Shown here piece after piece: positions 14,801 through 27,529 of a stretch of 64,000 nt of DNA. The stretch is from positions 156,488,001-156,552,000 of the forward strand of contig OX597814.1 of assembly GCA_951406725.2 (NCBI GenBank). The letters run 5' to 3'. Made by a program: the position numbers and the translations under genes. This stretch comes from Octopus vulgaris. Its lineage: Eukaryota. Under the pieces are notes generated by a model, which worked only from the letters and a program-made list of their open reading frames with translations, was not told the origin of the DNA and did no database searches. Each line of letters opens with the position of its first letter. Within the stretch, counting starts at the first letter, position 1.

Positions 14801-15450
14801 TAGGTCAGCTAATAACTTGAATATAAAGAGCTAGTTTTAAGCTTAAAGAGGAGAAATAACATCTTTTTTAAAGTTACGGATATGAATGTTATTTCTGTAA
14901 GTTAATGTTTTGAGTGATAAAAACAGAAATTTATTGAGGGTTAACAGAGTGAGTGTGTTTTGGTGTTAGACAATTTAGCTTAAATAAATTGCAAAAATGT
15001 GAAAGAATACAATATTATGCTTAGCTGATAAAACTATTGAATTCGAGAAGTTCTCTGTTGACTAATTGAAATGAAATCTGATTAGTAGAAATAAGAGAAA
15101 AATCATGTTAATCATTGAACAAAAGCTAAACTGGGTTTGTAGTTATCTTAATAAGATTAGAATGGCTAATCATGTTATGTATTGTGATGGGATCGATTAG
15201 ATTTAACACATGTAGGTATACATTAAATTAAAAATATTAAAACGTGATTTATTAATGGGAAGGCCAAGATAATCTTTGAATTAGTAAAAAATGAAATATA
15301 AATGGGTTGAAAAATGAAGGAAAAACAAAAAATGTTTTGAAAAGTAAAGAGGAAGGTCATAACTGTCCCTTCTTCTTTTCTATAAATAACTACAGACATC
15401 CCCTCCATTAAAGAATTCTTGAGATTTTTCTCGTAATATCTGTCTTGTCA
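11880..15450 (-). pseudogene. Candidate endogenous viral element: heavily decayed bunyavirus-like L protein (RdRp) gene
   Basis: Microsatellite-free segment. Minus-strand translation gives, in order: IINPNDKNGGTRRLF (14420-14376), LSFEEDR..NQ (14209-14175), SWI*NFFN/TSSLLQ (13596-13557), KSLYSD (13479-13462), HALR../EKK..ITSQLH (13370-13310). Boundaries approximate. Confidence 0.55.
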
Positions 15451-15899
15451 TTCATTGATTCTATGTTTAAATTGAAAAACATTCCAACAGAATTTTTTCG
15501 AAAACATATTTAAGAAAAGACAATGCAACCACTTTTAGGAATAAGAATATTAATATTAAACATTTGTATAACATTATGTATATACATTACAATCATTTGA
15601 AAAGAAATATAAGAAATGAATAAGAAATCAGAAATATCGTAATGCAATAGATACTCAGCGCTAATGTTGTTGACCCTTGTATAACAGGTGGTGGTGCAAT
15701 AGGAGTTACTGAGAGGTAAAAGATCTCTATCTTCTGCGCTTTAGATCATAATCTGCAATGTTATTTGATTTTCACATCACACCTTTTCTCTGTACAGCTC
15801 AGTGCAAGAATCAGCTCATTATGACTTCATCATTTTATATTACATTCACTATTAGAATCGTTATCAACAAAGACTTGTTAACTTCTTTCTGTAAAAGCT

Positions 15900-16790
15900 A
15901 ACCCTCAACCCATATTCTTAGCAAGCAGTCAACTGAAATCGCCTGGGTTGGACTTCTACACTCACTTCTGGTTCTATTGCTTGCGTTTATCCTAACACCA
16001 TCAGCTCCTCTTTAGACAAATTTTCTTTATGTCACACTAATAACTCGAAACATTAATAACACTAATAATTCTTTTAAACCCTACATCATTTATCTGTAGA
16101 TTTAAAGTAAAAAATTTTATATCAGTGGAAAACCTACAAAGTCGTGAATACAATTAATTTGGGCAAATAACCTTTGACCTTGGGGATATATTTTACTCTC
16201 AAATTATAAGATCATATAAACTTTCTAACTGACTGGGTGCATTGCTCAAACTGCTCAATGTTTTGTTAGAAATATTTCACCTAACACTGTAACTTTCTCC
16301 AACAAGGCAAGACAATATTGCTAACCAGTCTTGGAAAAGACTTTTAGTCATCCAAGTTATTTGAGTGCCAAATAACAACCCTTGGAAATGCATGTATTTT
16401 GGAACAGATGTAGGTGCTTTGATTTCGTATCAGTACCAGCATTTTCTTCTATAAGAAAAACTACACGATTTTTGTAGCATTAAAGGCTGATGTTGATTTT
16501 TCTTCATGAGAATTACAAGTCGTAGCATTGTACACTTGTACTTCTGTAAAGCCTCGTCCAATAACTATTTCCTTCAGTTTCTAGGATAGATAATAGCATC
16601 CACTTGAAAAACATCATATTGATATGTTACTGAAACCAGTCTTTACAATCAAAAGCAAAATATGAAGCAGAAGTTACTTCTTTCACTCCCTGCAAATCAT
16701 CATACAAAACTTTCAGCTTACTCTTCAGCGTTCACACTTGCATTGCACTTTTTTGTCCATTGATGTGAGCAATTAGTATGATAATAGAGC
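15900..16790 (-). pseudogene. pogo/Tigger (CENP-B-like DDE_1) transposase remnant
   Basis: Minus strand: GFTEVQVYNA, TWMTKSLFQDWL, LSNAPSQ, matching the Tigger motifs QVYNADET, AWMTxxxFxxW and LDNAPSH. Confidence 0.75.
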
Positions 16791-16855
16791 ACTCATGATT
16801 CATCTCCTAATATAATAATGAGGGTAATGTTTTTATATATATCTGTGTGTATATT

Positions 16856-16929
<74 letters not shown>

Positions 16930-17433
16930 GATGGGAACGATGATTTCCCCTCACAAATACTAATCAGCCACAGACGGTGTATCGTTAGCCAGCTGGAGGA
17001 AATGTTCTCCTGGGGCTAAAAACAACAGTAGCATCGTCTCCTATGGGACCGCCACATCTAATTGGCAATTATATTTTACGATTCCATACTGCTACTGTTT
17101 ACTTCTCGCTCAGAGATTTAATATCGCCTATATATATATCCACAATTACAGGGTAGGAGTAGGATGTAGAAGGAAAAAGGAGTAGTGTTAGTGAAGTGAG
17201 AGGAGAGAAAATAGTTATTCGGTGACGGAGAAGTAGTGAGAGTAATAACCCTCACTGAGAGAAAGAGAAAGTAATAGCAATGAGAGAAAGAAAGTGGCAA
17301 AGAGTGCGTCGTGTATATTCTATTTTTCTCCGTCACAACATATGAATGAGAAAGGAAAGGGTGATAGATGATTAAAGAAGAAAGGGTTGAAAAAATCAGC
17401 GTTTCAACTCTGTGTGAGTGTGTGTGTGTTTGC

Positions 17434-17464
<31 letters not shown>

Positions 17465-18009
17465 TGTGTGTGCAATGGAAATGGGATGGCGAACGTTCAA
17501 CGCTGAAACAAATCAAACAGCATTTCAACTCTGCTTGAGTATATGAGTGTATGTGAATGCATGTACAAGGGGAATATGTGAATGTATCTGTGATTATCTT
17601 GTACGTTATTTTATACTTTATTTACATATATAAAATACTGCAATTAGTCGTCATTTCTGACAGCACAGGGTTAGCTAGTTCTATTACAAGCCTCTCTTCA
17701 GATATACATAAAAGCAATGTCCGGGCACTCAGCCGAATATGTGCTTGAGTACTTGACCTTATACTTATCATCATAAGTTGGTATAACCGTAAACAATGTA
17801 AGCTTTATTTTTATTTTACTTTATTTGCAATATGGCCGTTTTTTCGCCGTATCGTGCCTTAGTAAACCTTCAGACTTATTGACCAATGCAACTCCCATAA
17901 GACTCTCTTTCGTTCGACTACCTTCACGTATACGTACCGTTTTCTTTCCTGTCATTTTGAATAAGGGTGATGTACTACACCTTTTGCTTTAGTTGATAAA
18001 TCTAATATT

Positions 18010-18315
18010 CTTTTCTACTCAAGACACAAGGCCCGAAATTTTGTGGGAGAGGACCAGTCGATTAGATCGACCTAGTACGCAACTGGTAATTAATTTTTCG
18101 ACCCCGAAAGGATGAAAGACGAAGTCGACCTCGGCGGAACTTGAACTCAGAATGTAAAAAGAGACGAAATACCGCTAAGCATTTCGCCCGGCGTACTGCC
18201 AGCTCACCGAAAGGATGAAAGACGAAGTCGACCTCGGCGGAACTTGAACTCAGAATGTAAAAAGAGACGAAATACCGCTAAGCATTTCGCCCGGCGTTTC
18301 TGCCAGCTCGCCGCC
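18010..18315 (-). mobile_element. tRNA-derived SINE with tandemly duplicated head and 17-bp TSD
   Basis: TSD ttgataaatctaatatt at 17993-18009 and 18316-18332. A 103-bp head unit is repeated (18104-18206, 18207-about 18310). B-box-like gagttcaagttcc on the minus strand. Confidence 0.93.
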
Positions 18316-18865
18316 TTGATAAATCTAATATTAACGGTGAAATCTAGTTCGAACAAAAACAGTTCAGTCTGATGAATGCAGTGGTGTTTAGCGTGGCAAA
18401 AATGTATTCGTCGTATTACTTCTGAGATAAGAATGAAAATGAGAAAATGAAAGGGATAGGAATATGAAGTGAAAGAAAGTCCTACTGTCAGCTGAAACTG
18501 TGTTTATACAAATATGATTAATGGTGCCAGGAAGGGAGTGGCTACATGCTGAGATCAATGAAAAACAATGACAATGAACTGGTCCACGCACATACAAGAT
18601 CAGGTGGAAACGGGATCGCAAATGTGCTGGTAAAAGTAATACGGTCATAAAATCGTTGAAAATCACTCGAATTTCTGTAAGAGGTTCGTGGATTGAAATT
18701 AGTGGTCATACTTTACATATTCTGTAATCCGAGTTTATAAAGATATATTATGTATTCAGATTCGGCTGTGTAAATTTTGGAAGTGTTGGTTGGATATCTG
18801 TTGCATGATGTCGCTCAATCGTGTGCGTATTTAACCCTAGCACTTACAAATTTTATAATGGAAAT

Positions 18866-18926
18866 GTTACACTGATGACGGGAAGTAAGTAAATTAAATA
18901 CTTTAATCTCGAAACGCGTCTGTGGC
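18866..18926 (+). ncRNA. Type I hammerhead ribozyme (minimal, palindromic stem III)
   Basis: gttaca-CTGATGA-c-ggga...tctc-GAAAC-GC-GTC-tgtggc. Stem I has G-U pairs; stem III is the ACGCGT palindrome. Confidence 0.75.
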
Positions 18927-19232
18927 TAATCGAAGTCGTGTTGATTCATTATTTTTCTCTTTGCCTACGTAAAAAAGTGTGTTACTGTCTGGCAGATTCT
19001 TACGATAGTAGAAAAGGAATTTTTAACTCCTATTTCTCAATTCGGTATGAGGTGAAGCAATTAGCTGACCCCTATTTATAATTATGTTTATAATTATAGA
19101 ATATTTGTATAATTTTACCTATAAAGTTTATTTTAACGTACTGATCTACTCGGTAAAATTATTAAGTAATTCATTAATTAATTCATTAATTTGATTAATT
19201 AATTTTACCCTTTTATTATTAATTTTAAATTT

Positions 19233-19302
<70 letters not shown>

Positions 19303-19339
19303 TGAGAAAGTTGGTGTGTGAAAGCACGTGGTTGAATAT

Positions 19340-19386
19340 ATACGTAAACAAACGGTTATCAAGCGGTGGTGGAGGTGATAAACAAC

Positions 19387-19485
<99 letters not shown>

Positions 19486-19746
19486 GATGGGCTTCTGCAT
19501 TGTTTCTCTTTCAAAAATACACTCATAAGTCATTGGTCACACATGCCTATAACAGAAAACACGTGACCATATATACATATAGGCGGAAACATGACTGTGT
19601 GGTTAAGAAACTCGCTTTTGGAACCACATGGCATTTGGTTCAGTCTCACTGCGCAGCACTTTGGTCAAGTGTTTTCTGTTATAGGCATGTGTGACCAATG
19701 ACATATGAGTGTATTTTTGAAACAGAAACAATGCGGTAGCCCATCT

Positions 19747-19822
<76 letters not shown>

Positions 19823-20065
19823 GTGTGTGTGCATGCGTATGTGTGTGCGTGTGTGTGCGCGCGTGTGTGTGTGTGTCGTTGTTTATCACCTCCACCACCG
19901 CTTGATAACCGTTTGTTTACGTATCTATAACTTAGCGGTTCGGCCATAGAAATCGGATTAAAAAATACCAGACCTTAAAAGCCATAAATACTGAGATCAA
20001 TCTGGTCGACTAAAACCTTTCAAGTTAGTGCCCCAGCATTGCTACAGTCCAGCGGCTGAAACAAG
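19340..20065 (+). mobile_element. SINE (19581-20065) plus an inverted partial duplicate of itself (19340-19569)
   Basis: 19340-19569 is the reverse complement of 19662-19924, including the (CA)n tract and shared divergent positions. Confidence 0.9.
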
Positions 20066-20840
20066 TTAGCGGTTAAGATGTAAAAGTGAAAATACGTCTC
20101 AAAATAATAAATAAGATTAAAATACCAAGAATTTATAAGAAAAACTGTATGTTAGTGAATGAGCTGACATTTTGATAAATGGAAACATGACCTTTAAGAT
20201 ACACTCCTCTCTGGAAAGTTCACAGACACAAACAGGTAGCATTTCTTTGTAAACTCGCTAAACCATTGTGTAAATAGCTGAACAGCCTCTCACACAAGGA
20301 GCCAATTTTTTAAGCACAACTGGCGTTTTTACCTTTTTATATCCACTCACATAGGCACAGAAAATCCCTTTACTTAATCAAATTACACCCGCTATTTTAT
20401 TCTTTATTACTTAAATTCACTTGCACATTTCATAATTGCAATTTTAATCTAAATTTCCATTTTAATTTTATATTTAATCCAGTTGTATTTTTATTTCACA
20501 TCATTTGAATTCTTAATAATCTCTACATTGCCTCCAATTATATACAAAACCATACTCTCACACCAATTATATATCTCTTACTTGAAAATAGATATTTGTA
20601 TAAACAGATATGCAAAAGACTGTTTAAGGATGTAATATATGCGCAAATGTGTAGACGCGTGTATATGTATATACATAGTTTCTATGTATACGTACATACA
20701 TAAGAGCTTAACACCCTTATATGTTTAAGCAATAATTTAAGGCGCAGAAACTTATTGAGGAATTACTCTGAGATATTCAGATTCGGCTTTAGTCACCAAT
20801 CTGACTAATCTTTTTCTTTTATATCATATTAGCACAAACG

Positions 20841-20981
20841 TTTCTAAACTGGGAGGTGATTTTAACAGAGACGACTCTCTTTCCATGACTACCGCCGGGT
20901 ATTCCAAACTCAAATTGGAATACCCGATGGTAGTTATGGAAAGAGAATCGTCTTTGTAAAGATCACCTCCTAATTTAGAAA
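20841..20981. repeat. Hairpin: 67-bp arms, 7-nt loop
   Basis: The arms differ at 9 positions, 8 of them transitions; loop actcaaa. Confidence 0.93.
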
Positions 20982-21861
20982 GCTCTCCATAAATTCTTTA
21001 ACAACTAAAACCGTTCTATCTCTATCGTAAAGAGTACTAGACTTTACTCTAGACATTTTAGATCATAATAAAATTGTAAATAGCCAATGGCTATGTTAAG
21101 TATAATATTAAAAAGAATAGTGGCTTACGTAGCAATAGTTATAATCGCAATAATAACTATGATTAATTGCCAATAATGATAGCAGTAATAATGATATTAT
21201 AAATAATAGGTCTGATAATAATTTTATTTATAACAATTTTAATGAGGCACATAGTATATTGTACGTTAGTCAGAAATAAGACGGCATGAAACTTCAGAAT
21301 ACCAACTGATAGTTTTTTGTGGGGCTACTGTCTAAGTAATAATGTAAGAGTAAATTGTTAACACGATACTCTCCAATTCGACCAAATCTTACATTGGCCC
21401 AACGAGCGACTCTAAACTCTGATACTTCGAACATAGTTCTGTCTCAGGCACTAAAAAGAATACAGAAATGCGGAACCTGAGAAGCCGATTAGCATGTAAT
21501 TTATATTAGCAAGAATCTCTAGATCTGATACGTGAGAACGAAAAAACTTACTCCTTGATAGGTTCTCTGATGTAATTACCTTCTGTAACCGCCGCTATTA
21601 TAAAACTTTCTCCTCTATTTCCATAAATCATTATGCTCTAACCGAACAAGATATGTCTCTGTGTTCAACTCCTAACCATTCTTTTCTATTATTTTCTATC
21701 TTTTTCTTTATTTTCTATCTTTTTCTTTCTATTTCCATAAAAAAATCGTCTACCGAACATCGTTTCGGGCTCGATTTTTAGCCCCATATACATGGTTACA
21801 CCCCCTTGACCACCCTGCCTTATCTCGAAATTTATATTTTTTCCTGTTACACTTAAGTCTG

Positions 21862-22283
21862 GGATCTTTTCGGTTTGAACAGCAGTTTTTAACATAATTT
21901 CTAGGTAACTAAAAAATTTTAAACTTCGTATACTGGTAGAATGTGTTCATAAAACATCTTTTTCTCTTGGCTTTATTGAGAAAATTCTATAGTTTGTAAG
22001 ATATTTGTTGTTGTTTTTTTCTTCAATTTCTGGAATTTCAACCAATCAGTGACGTCTATTGAGGTAAAAAAAACATTCTGTGCCGTATGAATATGTCCCA
22101 CGTTTAAGAAACAGATTGGGTTTATTTACATTTCTGAAGAAAAAAAATATACCTTTCCCCCCACCCCTAACCCTAACCCTAAAACAGATTGAAATGCAAT
22201 AGATCGATACTAGGGGCATAATTATGAGTGACAATTTCATATGACACCGCTAGAAAAAACTGCCGTTCAAACCGAAGAGATCC
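21862..22283. mobile_element. MITE with ~29-bp TIRs and 8-bp TSD
   Basis: TIRs ggatcttttcggtttgaacagcagttttt / aaaaactgccgttcaaaccgaagagatcc. TSD taagtctg at 21854-21861 and 22284-22291. Internal (CCCTAA)3. Confidence 0.92.
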
Positions 22284-22840
22284 TAAGTCTGTCCTCTTTC
22301 TTGAGGGAAGTCTCGTGCATTACACATTCACACTTGATCTTTTTCCTTGCAGTTAATAGTTCACCGTTAATCTCCTACCTCGCTTTTTCTTTCCTTATAT
22401 GTGATACATATACTTGATGCAACCACCACTATTACACAATACTTGTCTCTATATTTTGATGGAGTTTGTTTTTCTTTCTTATCCTTTTTTTTTTCTTTTT
22501 GTCTGGTATGATTAATATTGTTCCTTTGAACTCGTCTGCCTTCCCATACCACTCATTGTTAAGCTATATAGTCGTTGTTTATAGCTTCAGGCGCTTCAGT
22601 TAATAACTTCAAGGCGCTTAGCAGAAACCAAAACTGAAGTTTGCAAATCACGCCCTAACAATTTTGATGTAAGTGATTATAAATGTGTGCGTGTGATATA
22701 TGGTAAATATTTCTTTCACCAAATAGGCCTTCCCTGCTGTAGCAAAACCCATAAATGACCGGTGATCTACTGCTTTCCTTCTTTCTTCTTTATTCGTATA
22801 TTTTGAATCTGCTGAGTTATTAAATTCGACGTACGAACTA

Positions 22841-22871
<31 letters not shown>

Positions 22872-22893
22872 TGTGTGTGTGTTTGTGTGTGCG

Positions 22894-22935
<42 letters not shown>

Positions 22936-22937
22936 TT

Positions 22938-22990
<53 letters not shown>

Positions 22991-23074
22991 ATATGTATGT
23001 TTGAGCATTTATAGACTCCAATTCAATAAGAATGGCACATATTCGTATATGTAATTTTAAATGTACTTATAGAA

Positions 23075-23307
23075 AAGGATAAAGACCCTTTCCAAGTGAT
23101 GTAGACTCATAAGGCCAGGTTTCCTGTTCCCGTGATATTGTTCCCCTGGATGGGACGCCGGTCAGCCTCAGAATTACTCACCTTTGTTAGCACTGGAAGA
23201 ACGTGAAATGAAGTATTTTGCTCAAGAACACAACGCGACACTTGGTCTAGGAATCGAAACCACAGCCTTACGATCATGAGTCCTAACCGCTAAACCACGT
23301 GCCTCCA
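23075..23307 (-). mobile_element. tRNA-derived SINE (second family)
   Basis: Minus-strand head ggaggcacgtggtttagcggttagg...ggtttcgattcc (A/B boxes), then tgttcttgagcaaaatacttcatttcacg. Degenerate relatives at about 5835-5945 and 53755-53910. Confidence 0.8.
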
Positions 23308-23329
23308 CATTATATGCTTATATGCTTGT

Positions 23330-25175
23330 ATATTTTACCGGTTTCGACAATTTTTGTTCTATCGTTGGTTTAAAAAAAGTCTAAGAGAGATTGAAGATTG
23401 AAAATACAAGAGAATAGTCGCTAAATAATACTTGAAAAATCAAATCTTCATACAAATTTCAATATTCAATAAATTTCACAGTTATAGAAAATAATAAACG
23501 AACGTTCGATGAATTTCATCACAGTCATACATGACTGAGAGTTTAGTAGTTTCCAAAGCAATAAGTTATATTAACAATCAGATACGAGGTAGTTTTAAAA
23601 AAACTAAAAGAAATAGATGGGGAAAAACGGTATTTTTTATTATTTCTGTCGTAATACATGGAGGAAATTTCTTCGTTGCTGGTTTTGCTGGTGAGAACTT
23701 CAATTGTTTTAAGCTGAAATTGCTTTGTATATACAGGTTTATACGATAAATGTTTGAGTTCTGATTGGCTATAAACTCAATGACGTCAATGTTTTTGTGT
23801 TTTGGTTGGCTGACTGCCTGAATACGTCACTTGTTTTTCGGATGTTCTGGTCATACATTTTAATTTGGCAGTAGTCCAGCGTTCTAATTAGATGACTTCT
23901 AGGTGACGTCATTTGTTTAGCAACTGTTGATTATTTGTTTTTGACCAATAGTAATCCATTGCTCTGGTTGGATGATTTTCTGCATGCGTCATTTATTTGT
24001 CAAATGTTTTGTCAACCTGTATTGTCTGACAGTCGTCCGGCGTTCCGGTTGATTGATACATATAAGATGTCACGTGTTTTGGTCAGCTGAATCTTTTTTT
24101 TTTTTTTTTTCTGAGACCCAGTTTTCACGAGAAAAATATCTAATTGGTTAAACTTAGAGTTGAGAAAGGGAAAGGTACAGCAGTTTGAAGTTAGGGTTTC
24201 GAATCCCTGAAGGAGCCTGTTATTTCAGTTTTTGATTTAATTTTATTGTTTCTAATCGTTCTAGTTGGGTCCAATAAAATGGGTTTTCTCATTCCAGTGG
24301 AGTGTTATAGAGTATTTAGCTGTGGTTTATATTTCTTAATGTACTTTCCTTATTTAACTGGAATTGTGCTGAAGTGCTTCCAATGCATTGATCTAGAGGG
24401 AAAATTTGGTATTTTGGATGTTTGTTCGTGGGTCACAGATCTAGATGTTTACACAAAGGAATGTTCCTAGTTGTGCAGTCTTGAATTTGTTGCCTGTGTA
24501 CCATCATTCAGTCCCCCACAGCGAAGCTCGTGTGTCACCCCGCATTTGATAACATAAATTAAATCCCTCAATAGACAAGTGAAATAATTTTTTTATAGTC
24601 AGTGTTTGCCCTGACTTGAATTCATATGGCAAACTTATTGTAAGACGGTTACATGTTTTGACTATTGGGGTTGTATTTTTGGAGGGTAATTTAGCGCTAG
24701 TAAGTAGCCTTTTTGAGACTTATTTGTCTTTTGCTTTATTTATTTTGAGTGTTTTCATTCGCAGGTCGAAGAGGTATATTCTGATGGATGATGTTGTATT
24801 CCTTGGTTTATGAGTTGATACATAAGGTAAACTGTTGAGTGTATTAGGGATTGTTTTCTTGTTTTTCGTAATCCTTAGATGCCAATCGTTTTCTATTCCG
24901 CTATTGATTAAATTGACCGGGTATTGTCTTTCAAGTAGTATATTTTATAAGTTCTTGGAGTCTTTTTTCCTGGTTTCGGGATTGAACACAATTGTGCAAT
25001 TTCTTTCTTGCCAGGTTAAAAGATATATGGATTTTTGTATGTTTTAGATAGCAGGAAGAAAATAACAGATATTGTTTTGAGTCTGTTGATTTAAAGTAGA
25101 TATCGGTTTCAATCTTAGTATTTCTTTTTATGATCAGCATGTCCAGATAGGGTAACTGATTTTGACTATATTACA
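23330..25175 (-). mobile_element. Penelope-like element, 5'-truncated: RT thumb, GIY-YIG remnant and 3' region
   Basis: LPYLDMLIIK..IETDIYFKSTDSKQYLLFSSC..HTKIHISFNLAR; further downstream FTCLLRDLIYVIKCG and VHRQQIQD. Confidence 0.88.
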
Positions 25176-26015
25176 TTAGTGTGTAGTTATATGTATGTGT
25201 GTGCGCGCATGTATGTGTTTATTCATATGTATACGGATATATTTAACTCTATACTTTGGGGTAAGATTAAACAGTGTATATAAAAGCCAGTTCATACAAT
25301 AATGTGTCATTTTTCTAATAATTGCGTGTACTGTTATGTTTTCCAGACACATTCTCACTTTTCACAATTTAGCTTTATATTCCAGCTATGTCCCTTCATA
25401 GAACTTGAAATAAATTTGTCTTCTTCCAAGTACTAGATTTTCACCGCCTAATTCAAAGATTTTCACCTCCTAATTCAGATTTTCGTTATTTAGAAGACAT
25501 TTTAATATATTCACTTTATCTTACACACTCATAAAATTAATTTTATTCGTCAACGTGGGAATGCGTAATTTGATTACCTACTTTCACTTCATAATGTCAT
25601 TAAAATACCAACTGAACTGCAGACAACTTTTCGCTCTTATTCAATGGCTAACACTATTTTTCCTCTTTTGTCCTAATTTGCTTTCATTCCATTTCATCCA
25701 CAGTAGACTCTACTAATTTAATATTCCTGCTACTTTTAGTATTTCACCAACTTAATCTTTTATTAACTCACCACTTAACAATATAACTTCGTTTAACTTA
25801 ACTAAATATTATATATAATCTATAAATTCACTTACACTTTTTTGCCGCCAAAAACTTCCTTATTTTTCCTCAGGCCAAACATTCTGTAGAAATAATGTAC
25901 ATTTATGTAAGATATTTCAACACATTAAATTTAAAACCACAGCATTTCTTAGTAATTCTGAATCATGATTAGCGTTCATCCAAATACAAAATATAATAAT
26001 CTTACATTCAAAATA

Positions 26016-26580
26016 TTGGGTTGGCGGAAAGTTCGTGCCGATTTTTAGAGGAAAGAAAAAAGGTCAATAAATACTTGCCATAAAATTTTTATTCAACCAA
26101 ATATGAACCATTTTGTTGCACAATGCGTCTCCATCTTTCCTTTAACTTGAAAATACCCTCTTTCCAGAATTGAGGTGGTTTCATGGCAAAGAATTCATCA
26201 AGGTATCTTTTTACGTCATCCAAAGAATTGAAATTTTTCCATTAAGACTATTCTGCAGAGATCTGAATAAGTGGAAATCCGAAGGAGCAATATCTGATGG
26301 ATATGGAGGGTGCGGTAACACATCCCAGCCGAGCTGCAGCAATTTTTGTCTGGTTCCCAAAGCATCAAGTGCCGAAAATGAACTTTCTTATCTTCCATTT
26401 TAAAGGGCTACAATATTAACACAGGTTATAGGAACATAAACCTTCTTCCACGAAAAGATAGCTTAAACTGTGCTCTAAATGGAGGTGTAGTCAAATCCTA
26501 TTTTATGGACTCAAACATGTTCTAAAATAAGTCGAAAGGTAAGCTACTATAAATCAACACGAACTTTCCGGAAAACCCAA
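26016..26580 (-). mobile_element. Internally deleted mariner with both TIRs and TA TSD
   Basis: TIRs ttgggttggcggaaagttcgtg / cacgaactttccggaaaacccaa flanked by TA. N-terminus MEDKKVHFRHL is fused to C-terminus LGWDVLPHPPYPSDIAPSDFHLFRSLQNSL..ERWRRIVQQNG. Confidence 0.93.
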
Positions 26581-26924
26581 TATTTTCTACTTAAATTTGA
26601 GCCCATAACTGATACATATACCCTTGTGCTTTATCGAAACATGTAATTAAATGATATTTTCAAAATTTGCTCCACCTCAACGATGAACTTTCTCTCTTTC
26701 ACTTTCTCCTCGTCTTTTCGTCTTTCTTTTCTGCTTAACTTTATCTTTCTCTATCCACATATGTTAGCTATTTAATGATATATTTTTTTCTACGACTTCT
26801 GAAATATTCCACTATCAATGAAAAAATTCCTGATTTTGAAATTTACTTACAAATAAATAGAGATATCCAAGAATCTAATTTGTAACTACCTTTGTTCCTA
26901 CAAACACCTTCTTTCTAAGGTGTG

Positions 26925-27062
26925 TATATTCTGCGGTAAGAAGCTTGCTTCCCAACCAAATGGTTCCGGTTTCAATCCCACTGCGTGGAAGCTTGGGCAA
27001 GTGTTTCTTCTATAGCCTCGTGCTGAGTGGATTCGGTAGACGGAAAGTGAAAGACGCCCGTC

Positions 27063-27120
<58 letters not shown>

Positions 27121-27325
27121 TTGTGTGTGTCTCTCTGTTTGTCCCCACGTCCACCATCGTTTGACAACCGATGTTGGTGTGTTCACGTATCCGTGACTTA
27201 GAGGTTCAGCAGAAGAGACTGATAGAATAAGAACCGGGCTTGCAAAGAATAAGTCCTGGGGTAGATTTATTCGACTAAAGGCGGTGCTCCATCATGGCCG
27301 CAGTCAAATGACTGAAACAAGTAAA
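26925..27325 (+). mobile_element. tRNA-derived SINE with internal (TA)n/(TG)n; relatives at 32570-32790, 34260-34425, 49990-50150, 57220-57380, 59737-60110
   Basis: Head tgcggtaagaagcttgcttcccaacc..ggtttcaatccca, core ttgggcaagtgtttcttctatagcctcg, tail ggcggtgctccatcatggccgcagtcaaatgactgaaacaag. Confidence 0.88.
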
Positions 27326-27529
27326 ACAATAATTGAAAAAAAGAATATATACATGCACACACATGTACATATATATATGCGTGTGTGCGTTTATATATAT
27401 ATTTATATTTATACATACATACATACATACATACATATACATATATACATATAATTGTATATAATAACAAATGGTAAAATTAATTAATTAAGAAGTAATC
27501 AGTAATTTCATCAAGTAGAATTCGGCATG

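Noticed and set aside
11880-15450. Possible mitochondrial insertion (NUMT), suggested by AT-richness and strand skew
   Set aside because: No recognisable cox/nad/cob peptide, mitochondrial rRNA or tRNA found by eye; RdRp-like motifs fit better.
22165-22182. (CCCTAA)3 telomeric repeat
   Set aside because: Only three units, inside a MITE; not an interstitial telomere array.
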